A DNA stretch of 64,000 nt, taken from assembly GCA_038227875.1 (NCBI GenBank), contig JBBRPR010000042.1, positions 12,125 through 76,124 on the forward strand, written 5' to 3'. Source of the stretch: Planctomycetota bacterium. GTDB taxonomy: Bacteria > Planctomycetota > SZUA-567 > H5-PLA8. The notes below the pieces were generated by a model. That model had not been told where the DNA came from. It made no database searches and saw only the letters and a list, made by a program, of their open reading frames with translations. A program made the translations under genes and the position numbers. Positions 49,722-56,749 of this stretch are shown in pieces; positions within the stretch are counted from its first letter, which is position 1, and the number at the start of each line of letters is the position of its first letter.

Positions 49722-50340
49722 GCGCGTCGCCCGGGTTGGCGCTCGCCTGCGCGCGGAACTCGCGGTCGATCGGCAGCGTGGGCAGCGCCACCTGGATGAT
49801 CGTCGCGATGTACATCACCATGCTCGACAACGCCAGCGTTTCATCGGAGGCGTTGGGAGTCCGGGAGACGAGTAGCGCAACGGCGCTGGGGAGCGCGCCG
49901 AGGAGGCCCAGGATCGAACACAGACCCATCTTCCCCTTCGCCCGGTAAAGCCATGCCAGCGCTACGCCCAGCATCGAACCTCGCAGCACCGAGACCATGA
50001 CGATGTTTACGGTCGCAGGTGTGTGAGAAAAGAGCGAGCCGATGACCGAGACAAAAACCTGAAACAGGACCGCCAGCACCACCGCGCGCCGCGCCGTCGA
50101 TCCCTGCCGGTCGTAAATTGCCGGGCCGTGCAGTTGAACGGCGGTATACAGAAACCGCTGGCTGAAGCCGAAGACCGCGAAGTGAATCCAGTCGGAACTC
50201 GTGAGGTGCGTGAGCTTGGGTCGGAATGCCCAGCCATAGAGCTGGCTGACTGCCACCGCCAGAGCGCCTGACAACAGCGCGCACGCCAGCGGCGTGCGAA
50301 ATAATCCTTTTTTGGCTGGCGCCTGATCTGATTCAGTCAT
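49714..50340 (-). CDS. Hypothetical multi-pass membrane protein (tandem paralogue B)
   Basis: GLFRTPLACALLSGALA...QVALPTLPIDREFRA; stop overlaps the start of paralogue A. Confidence 0.75.
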   Translation of the reverse strand: MTESDQAPAKKGLFRTPLACALLSGALAVAVSQLYGWAFRPKLTHLTSSDWIHFAVFGFSQRFLYTAVQLHGPAIYDRQGSTARRAVVLAVLFQVFVSVIGSLFSHTPATVNIVMVSVLRGSMLGVALAWLYRAKGKMGLCSILGLLGALPSAVALLVSRTPNASDETLALSSMVMYIATIIQVALPTLPIDREFRAQASANPGDAHA

Positions 50341-50563
50341 TCATCCGCTCGTTGGAAATACGCGCTAATTATGCGGGACGTCTGTGGATGCGCCACTGAC
50401 CATCACCGAATTTCAGTGACGCCCCCATGGAAACTGACTCGCGCATAGCTTCCTCATTACCGCCGCCGTGGGCCTTTCTTCCTGCAACTCTCCGGCATGG
50501 ATTTTGCCACTACTGATCAGTGGCGAGAGATAAAAGCGCCAACTCTTTCGAAAGGAATAAGTC

Positions 50564-50776
50564 ATGAATCAGGACATCGCTGAAGGAAAATGGATGCAGA
50601 TGAAGGGCTCCGTAAAGACGTGGTGGGGCAAGCTCACCGACGACGATATCGAACAGATCTCCGGCAAATGGGATCTCCTCGTCGGCAAGGTTCAGGAACG
50701 CTACGGCTACGACAAGGAACGTGCGGAGCAGGAATGCCGCAAGCACTTCGAAGCCGAGACCGCGTCGAAAGTTTAA
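50564..50776 (+). CDS. csbD: CsbD family stress protein
   Basis: GKWMQMKGSVKTWWGKLTDDD...GKVQERYG. Confidence 0.9.
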   Translation: MNQDIAEGKWMQMKGSVKTWWGKLTDDDIEQISGKWDLLVGKVQERYGYDKERAEQECRKHFEAETASKV

Positions 50777-50869
50777 ACTACTTCATCTCGAGTCGGACAC
50801 CCGCAAGGGTGCCGGCTCAAGTTGAGCGGTTGCCTCGCCGGTCCAGACTGGGTCTGACTGGCGGGGTTT

Positions 50870-51931
50870 TTATTTGATCCGGTCTAGAATTGTCGCGGCT
50901 GCACCATCGGCGATCAGTTCGCGCGCACGCTCAAAACCCGCTTTCAGATCTGTTGAAATGCCCGCACGCCAGAGCAGTACGCCGGCATTCAGCGCGATCG
51001 CTTCCGCGGCCGCGCGAGAGGTGTCGTCGTTGCGCGCGGTCAGCGCGGCGCGGGTGAGCTCCGCCGATTTCACCGGATCGGCGCCAATCGCGCGGACATC
51101 GAGCGCATGGGTCAGGCCCAGCAGCTTCGGATCGACGGCGATCTCCAGTGCCGCGGACTCGCCACCGGCCGGCAGCACTTCGGCGATGCGCGCGGGGTGT
51201 TGCGGCGAGAGATCGCAGCTTCCTTCCAAGCCTTGCACGATCAAGCCACGCACGTTCAGGCGTTGCAGCGCGCCAGCGATCTTGGCGAGGTACGGCCCGT
51301 GCGCGATGCCCGCGACCACATTTCCGCACCGCGCCGGATCGAGCAGCTTTTCGACCGTCGAGAACGGAAGCCGCAGTCCGATTTTTTCACGCAGATCCAA
51401 CTGCGCCGACCACGGCGGCAAAAACGCGCGCGTGTCGGCATGCACGAAGCCATTCCGGGCCACGAAATCCGCTGCGGCACTCGGTTCAAGATAGGCGGGA
51501 ATCTTTAGCGCGGCAAAGACCTCGGCAATCGTGGGCGCATGTTTGGCCGGCACCTTCGGTGCGCCATGAAGCACCACGGTCGCTCCGCCTGCAGCCGCCA
51601 CCAGCGCTGCACCGGCTCCCATGATGAATGTATCCTCGCGCCCGTCGTACGGATGACCGACGCTCACGGCCGTGGCGCGCTGCTCCGTATCCAGCACGAT
51701 AAACTTGCAGAGCTGCTGCAGCGCGGCGGTGAAGCCGGCGACTTCAATCGGGTCCTCGCCTTTCATGCGGCAGGCCAGCAGGAACGCTGCAGCCTGCTGC
51801 GCATCAGCGCGCCCATCGAGGATCATGCCCATCGCCAGATTGGCGTCGTCAAAATTGAGCGGCTTGGCGCGCTTCTCGCCGCGCCCGACAGTGCGCACAA
51901 ACTCCCGGAAACGCAAGTCGTCGTCGTTCAT
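50870..51931 (-). CDS. Anthranilate phosphoribosyltransferase-like (YbiB/TrpD2) protein
   Basis: AAFLLACRMKGE, LREKIGLR, QGLEGS and LNAGVLL; the canonical TrpD GTGGD motif is absent. Confidence 0.8.
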   Translation of the reverse strand: MNDDDLRFREFVRTVGRGEKRAKPLNFDDANLAMGMILDGRADAQQAAAFLLACRMKGEDPIEVAGFTAALQQLCKFIVLDTEQRATAVSVGHPYDGREDTFIMGAGAALVAAAGGATVVLHGAPKVPAKHAPTIAEVFAALKIPAYLEPSAAADFVARNGFVHADTRAFLPPWSAQLDLREKIGLRLPFSTVEKLLDPARCGNVVAGIAHGPYLAKIAGALQRLNVRGLIVQGLEGSCDLSPQHPARIAEVLPAGGESAALEIAVDPKLLGLTHALDVRAIGADPVKSAELTRAALTARNDDTSRAAAEAIALNAGVLLWRAGISTDLKAGFERARELIADGAAATILDRIK

Positions 51932-52617
51932 GTTGATGACGGGGCGCCGGGGTATTCGTGGCAGAGGTGATGGAGCGGCGGCGCGTCTTCGTCGATCTTC
52001 GGGAAGCGTCCGGCGGGCTCCTTGAAACGGTTGTCGCTGGCGTCGTCGTTGACGCTCGAAACTTCGCCCACGATCACCCGTCCTCCACGATGCTGGCCAT
52101 AAAATTTGTGATAGAGACGCGGCACCAGCGTGATGCTTTCGCCCGGTCGCAGCACAACACTTCCGCCAGGTTCAACCGTGCGCTTCACGCCATCGCATGA
52201 CACGTGAATGGGATCCTGCGTGAAATTGTCATCGGCGTCGGAATTAAAAAGTTCGACCACCAGATTCCCGCCGCCGCGATTAATGATGTCCTCGGTCTTG
52301 ATCCAGTGAAAATGGAAGGGTGTGACCTGGCCTTCCTCGACCAACATGACTTTTTCCGCGTAATGCTTTTTGTTGGCCGGATCCTTGAGGTTGCCGTTGC
52401 GAATCGTAAACAGGAGCAGTCCCACCGCCGGAAAACAGCCGCTGCCGAAGTCGGTCAGATCCCAACCGAGCTTGTTGTTGCGAATCTCGTCGGCTTCCGC
52501 GCCCTTTTTCAACCAGTCTTCGGGTTTCCAGAACGCAAACGGCGGCAACCGGATCTGGTTGTGCTGGAAGAGCGTCTTGGCTTTGTCGATCAGCGCATTG
52601 ATTTCGGATCGTTTCAT
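51928..52617 (-). CDS. D-lyxose/D-mannose isomerase family protein
   Basis: MKRSEIN, LGWDLTDFG, PFHFHWIKTEDIINRGGG and GEVSSVNDD. Start ATG 52617. Confidence 0.92.
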   Translation of the reverse strand: MKRSEINALIDKAKTLFQHNQIRLPPFAFWKPEDWLKKGAEADEIRNNKLGWDLTDFGSGCFPAVGLLLFTIRNGNLKDPANKKHYAEKVMLVEEGQVTPFHFHWIKTEDIINRGGGNLVVELFNSDADDNFTQDPIHVSCDGVKRTVEPGGSVVLRPGESITLVPRLYHKFYGQHRGGRVIVGEVSSVNDDASDNRFKEPAGRFPKIDEDAPPLHHLCHEYPGAPSST

Positions 52618-52703
52618 GGCGCGTGCGCGAACCTCCGTACGGTGCTGACTCGCAGTATACGAGTTCGCCGGGTCGAGCGAAGTACTTTTGCTGACGGACC
52701 TGG

Positions 52704-52836
52704 GCCACGGATGCGCGGATGCTTGAGCGTAGCGAAAGCAGCCGTTCATCCGTGCGTGACGCGCCGCGCGTTTGTGAATCTCACGCACGGATGAACAGCC
52801 ACTTTCGCTACGCTCAAGTGTCTGCGCATCCGTGGC
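52704..52836. repeat. Long imperfect hairpin element (56-bp arms)
   Basis: GCCACGGATGCGCGGATGCTTGAGCGTAGCGAAAG...CTTTCGCTACGCTCAAGTGTCTGCGCATCCGTGGC. Confidence 0.85.
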
Positions 52837-52913
52837 ACCATTCACGCCCCACCACACGGACCCAAAGTCCCGCTGCACTCGTCGCGCGCAACGGCGTGGA
52901 TTACACTGCGCCC

Positions 52914-54281
52914 ATGACTCCCTATCTTCAGGTCATCGCTCAAGAGTGGATGGCACGCGCGGAGGAACTCGCGCAATGGGCGTACGCACACATGGTCAAC
53001 CGGACCGATGTCTGGGGCTCGTACTTGTCCATGGAAAAGCGGCGCGCCAAGGACTGGATGTTCTTCACCGCGCCGTTTCCCGCGGCGCGCGGCAAGCAGT
53101 TCCTCACCAAGGGCATGCTGGCCAAACATTTTTGCGGGCTCGATGGGCATCTCGTCAGTCTCCATTCCACCAGCGCCGACAAAACGTCGCGCTGGCTGGC
53201 GATCGACATCGACAAGCACGACCAGGACGAAGCCGTCTCAGCGGAGAACAACTTCGCCGCGGCGAAAGCGTGGCACGACGTCCTGCAGAAGCTCGGCTTC
53301 GATCCGTTGCTGATGGATTCGAACGGCAACGGCGGTTTTCATGTGCTGATCGTTTTCAGCGAACCGGTGCCGACGGCCGATGTCTTCGCCTTTGGGCAGC
53401 AGATCGTCGGCGATTGGGAAAAACGCGGTCTGGCCAAACTGCCGGAAACGTACCCGAAGCAGGTCAGCATCGAGGAAGGCCATTTCGGAAACTGCCTGCG
53501 GCTGTTCGGGCGACATCACACGCGCGAGCACTTCACGCGCGTCTGGTCCGGCGACGGAGAGGGCGAAACGGAAGGCGAAGAGGCGTGGCTGGAAGGCAAC
53601 AGCGCCATCGATCGGATCCTGACCGTGCAGCTCGCGCGGCCGGAGTTGATTCCCCGCAATCTGCCGCTCCCGGAAAAAAACGAACGGCCCACGACCACCG
53701 TTTCAAAAAAGCAGCGCCCACGCGTCTGCGTGGACCTGGACGAGGTCCTGGCGCAGTACGACGGCTGGAAGGGTCTGGACTTCACCGGCCTGCCGATTCC
53801 CGGCGCCGTGGAGTTCACGCGCAAGCTTTCAGAAATGGCGGACATCGTGATCTTCACCTCGCGCTGCTGCGTCGAAGGCCATCGCGAAGCCTTGAACGAA
53901 CCCAATCGGCCGGCCAGTGACCTCGCGCCGCGCCTGGCGCACAACGTCCGCTACTGGCTGGAGAAGTACGACTTCACGTTTTCGGAAATTTACGTGGGGC
54001 AGGGTAAACCCTTCGCGTCGGCGTACGTCGACGACCGCGCGGTGAGCTGCACGCCGCAGACCGTGCCGCAGGCGTTCTCCGATGCGCTGGAGAAAGTCCG
54101 GAAACTCTGCGGAAACACGCGGCAGTCCGCGCCGAAACCCGCTGAACCGGCGACGGCTCCCGTCGATCCGCAGCTTCAGGCGATCATCGCAGCATGGGGC
54201 ACGTTGACGGAAAAGCAGAAGTCCGATCTCGTCAAAAAAGCTCAGTCGAGCACCCCAAAACGAGCCAAAAAGACCACTTAG
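52914..54281 (+). CDS. TOTE-type archaeo-eukaryotic primase domain fused to a HAD-family phosphatase domain
   Basis: AEP motifs NRTDVW, WLAIDID, DSNGNGGFHVLIVF and YPKQ...FGNCLRL; HAD motifs VCVDLDEVL, IFTSR and KPFASAYVDDRA. Confidence 0.78.
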   Translation: MTPYLQVIAQEWMARAEELAQWAYAHMVNRTDVWGSYLSMEKRRAKDWMFFTAPFPAARGKQFLTKGMLAKHFCGLDGHLVSLHSTSADKTSRWLAIDIDKHDQDEAVSAENNFAAAKAWHDVLQKLGFDPLLMDSNGNGGFHVLIVFSEPVPTADVFAFGQQIVGDWEKRGLAKLPETYPKQVSIEEGHFGNCLRLFGRHHTREHFTRVWSGDGEGETEGEEAWLEGNSAIDRILTVQLARPELIPRNLPLPEKNERPTTTVSKKQRPRVCVDLDEVLAQYDGWKGLDFTGLPIPGAVEFTRKLSEMADIVIFTSRCCVEGHREALNEPNRPASDLAPRLAHNVRYWLEKYDFTFSEIYVGQGKPFASAYVDDRAVSCTPQTVPQAFSDALEKVRKLCGNTRQSAPKPAEPATAPVDPQLQAIIAAWGTLTEKQKSDLVKKAQSSTPKRAKKTT

Positions 54282-54445
54282 CCGCCACCTTCAAACCTAC
54301 CTTCTATTATCTCTCAGATTTCCGCTCTTTTTTACTCAGGTACCCCCACCCCGTCGCCGATCACCTTTAATACGGGTTCTGGCAAAAATTTGACCAAGTT
54401 ACGCTGCGCGGCAAACTGCCCGCGCGCGAAAAGGAATGAGCGACG

Positions 54446-55447
54446 ATGAAACGCGACGCACGAATCGGATTGGCCGTTATTCTGGTGCTGGGATTGGCGG
54501 TCACGCTGCTGGTCGGCCGGGCGCTGTACAAGCGCGGCACACCGGCGCCGACGGATGGCGAGGAAGTCGCCACGGCCGGCGACGCGCCCACAAGCACCGA
54601 GACGCATGGCGATCCGGCGACTCCGGCGACGTCCAATGCCGCCGCGACGCTGCCCACCGCAGCGCCCGCGCCTGCGCCGCTGACGCATCCGGAAACCAAC
54701 GCCGCTCATCCCGCGGAAACGCCCGGCCTGAAACCGTTTATTGAAGATGAACGCCGCCCGATCACTCCGGCGACCAACGACCATGCCGCATCCCTGGTCC
54801 CCGCGCCGCTGACCGAAACGCACGGCACCAAGCCCGGCGCTCAGCCCTCAACGCCGGCTCCCGCGATTGGCGGAGATCACAATAACGCCGCAGCGAATGG
54901 CGCGGGTTGGGAAGATCACGAAAGTTCACCCTCCGATTCGCACCATGCCGACGCGCCTTCCGATGGCTACGGCTACACCGTCCAGGCCGGCGACAATCCG
55001 TGGAAGATTTCGAGCAAGGTGTACGGCGACGGCAAGTACACGCAGAAGATCGCCGAAGCCAATCCGGGTTTGAGCTCCCAGAAGATGAAGGTCGGCATGG
55101 TCATCAAGGTTCCCGCCATCGCCAACAAGACGATCCTGTTGAAGCTGCCGTCGTTCGCCGAAGCCAAGGCCAGCGCCGGTTCCGGTGGCCCGGCCATCGC
55201 GGCGCATCAGCCCTCAGCTCCGGCTCCGGAACGCGCGACCGCGTCGATGCCCGTCCCCGCGGAAGCCCACGAAGTCCCGGCCGGTTCCCACAAAGTTGAA
55301 GCCGGCGAAACGCTCGGCGCCATCGCCAAGAAGTACTACGGCACCGCCGGCCCGAAGACCATCGCCATGATCGTCGCCGCCAACAAGGGCTTGGAGCCGA
55401 CCAAGCTGAAAGTCGGCCAGGAAATTGTGATGCCGGCGAAGAAGTGA
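54446..55447 (+). CDS. Membrane-anchored protein with two LysM domains
   Basis: YTVQAGDNPWKIS...IAEANP and HKVEAGETLGAIA...LKVGQEI. Confidence 0.9.
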   Translation: MKRDARIGLAVILVLGLAVTLLVGRALYKRGTPAPTDGEEVATAGDAPTSTETHGDPATPATSNAAATLPTAAPAPAPLTHPETNAAHPAETPGLKPFIEDERRPITPATNDHAASLVPAPLTETHGTKPGAQPSTPAPAIGGDHNNAAANGAGWEDHESSPSDSHHADAPSDGYGYTVQAGDNPWKISSKVYGDGKYTQKIAEANPGLSSQKMKVGMVIKVPAIANKTILLKLPSFAEAKASAGSGGPAIAAHQPSAPAPERATASMPVPAEAHEVPAGSHKVEAGETLGAIAKKYYGTAGPKTIAMIVAANKGLEPTKLKVGQEIVMPAKK

Positions 55448-55473
55448 TGACTTCGAAGTAAGCACGACAAATG

Positions 55474-55506
55474 AAAAAATCCCCCGCGTGAAGCGGGGGA
55501 TTTTTT
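55474..55506 (+). terminator. Rho-independent terminator
   Basis: AAAAAATCCCCCGC-GTGAA-GCGGGGGATTTTTT. Confidence 0.85.
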
Positions 55507-55525
55507 ATGATGGGCGTACACATCA

Positions 55526-55807
55526 ATGGAGCTTCGCATGCACTTCGTTTTCACCTACGAGCCCAACCCTGCAGCCCGCGCCGGTCACTCGATCTCAGAC
55601 CAACCCGCGCACCGCGCGTGGATCGCAAAGCTCTGGGATGAGCGGCGATTGATTCTCGCCGGGCCGTTCATCGAGACGACCGGCGGAATGGCGATTGTCG
55701 AAGCGCGGGACCGCGCCGACGCCGAAGCCCTGTTGCAGGAAGATCCAGCGATCGCCAACGGCACGTTTATCGCCAGCATCCGCGCCATGCAGGTCATCTA
55801 TAAGTAA
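55526..55807 (+). CDS. YciI family protein
   Basis: AHRAWI, LAGPF, GGMAIVEA and EDP. Confidence 0.82.
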   Translation: MELRMHFVFTYEPNPAARAGHSISDQPAHRAWIAKLWDERRLILAGPFIETTGGMAIVEARDRADAEALLQEDPAIANGTFIASIRAMQVIYK

Positions 55808-55916
55808 TGCAACCGTACGACTTCCGGAAAACTCTTCACGAATTCGCGTAACCGCCCGGCCACTGTCCTTCTGAGATGGGTGTGAAGCAATCAACCCATT
55901 TTGAAAGGAGCGGGAC

Positions 55917-56372
55917 ATGTCAGGCGAGACGGGCGGTAGTGATATGCAGAGCGCGGTGGCGACGTTAAATGTGGCTGCCGGGTCGTGGGGCGAATCGGCT
56001 GCGCCGGCGCTGCCGAGCGCGGACGAAAAATTGTGGGGCATGCTGGCCAATATCGCCGGCCTCTTTTTTCTGGTCGGGCCCATCGTCGTGCTGCTGCTGA
56101 AAGGCAACTCGAAGTTCGTAAAATTTTACGCGATCCAGATGATCTGCTGGAGCATCATCGGTATTGCCTTGAGTGTCGCGCTGGGCGTGCTCTTTACGGT
56201 GCTCGCGGCGGTGCCAATGGTGGGCATGCTGGTGATCAACGTGTTGAGTCCGCTGATCTCGCTGCTTTTCCTCGGCCTGCTGATCTGGCTGACGCTGAAA
56301 GCAAACAGCGGCGTGATTTTCAAGCTCCCGATGATCGGCCCCTTTGCGTACGGCAAAGCGTACGAGGCGTAA
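55917..56372 (+). CDS. DUF4870-like membrane protein
   Basis: DEKLWGMLA, SKFVKFYAIQ and FKLPMIG. Confidence 0.78.
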   Translation: MSGETGGSDMQSAVATLNVAAGSWGESAAPALPSADEKLWGMLANIAGLFFLVGPIVVLLLKGNSKFVKFYAIQMICWSIIGIALSVALGVLFTVLAAVPMVGMLVINVLSPLISLLFLGLLIWLTLKANSGVIFKLPMIGPFAYGKAYEA

Positions 56373-56400
56373 GCGGGGGCCTCGTGTTCAAAACCCAACA

Positions 56401-56486
56401 TATGGCAAATTTACCATAAGTAAAAAGTACCACAACCCTCTAGCAATTGCTAGAGGGTCTACCTTCAGGCCAATTGGCCTGAAGGT
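56401..56486. repeat. Cluster of three AATT-centred palindromes
   Basis: TATGGCA-AATT-TACCATA (56401-56418, 1 mismatch), ACCCTCTAGC-AATT-GCTAGAGGGT (56435-56458, perfect), ACCTTCAGGCC-AATT-GGCCTGAAGGT (56461-56486, perfect). Confidence 0.88.
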
Positions 56487-56529
56487 TCTGCTCTTCGGAA
56501 TCGGAAAGCACACCGCACACGGCTTCTAC

Positions 56530-56558
56530 TTGCAGCGAAGAAACCGAGCGTGTATGGT
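56530..56558 (+). promoter_or_regulatory. Putative tRNA promoter
   Basis: TTGCAG-N17-TATGGT, ending 17 nt before the tRNA. Confidence 0.5.
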
Positions 56559-56575
56559 TCTGCGTGCTGGTTGAC

Positions 56576-56649
56576 GGGCGATTAGCTCAGCTGGCTAGAG
56601 CACCAGCTCGACAAGCTGGGGGTCACTGGTTCAAGTCCAGTATCGCCCA
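56576..56649 (+). tRNA. tRNA-Val (GAC), CCA not encoded
   Basis: GGGCGAT/ATCGCCC acceptor stem, TAGCTCAG D-arm, CCAGC-TCGACAA-GCTGG anticodon arm, GGTTCAAGTCC T-arm. Confidence 0.95.
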
Positions 56650-56680
56650 TACCCTGATTTTCATAGGGACTACAGGACAG

Positions 56681-56708
56681 AACGCCACCGGTAACGGTGG
56701 CGTTTTTT
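56681..56708 (+). terminator. Terminator after the tRNA
   Basis: AACGCCACCG-GTAA-CGGTGGCGTT followed by a T tract. Confidence 0.8.
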
Positions 56709-56749
56709 CTTAACATCACGCTGCACATCCATTGCGATCCTGAGGGGGA

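Noticed and set aside
49074..50340. Diversity-generating retroelement TR/VR pair
   Set aside because: The differences are not adenine-specific, they include indels, and there is no reverse transcriptase.
50870..51931. trpD
   Set aside because: It lacks the GTGGD PRPP-binding motif and trp operon context; it fits YbiB-like proteins better.
52618..52913. Upstream extensions of the isomerase and primase ORFs with similar translated text
   Set aside because: The similarity is an artefact of reading the two arms of the 52704-52836 hairpin.
56576..56649. Prophage or ICE attachment at tRNA-Val
   Set aside because: I noticed no integrase and no duplicated tRNA 3' end within the window.
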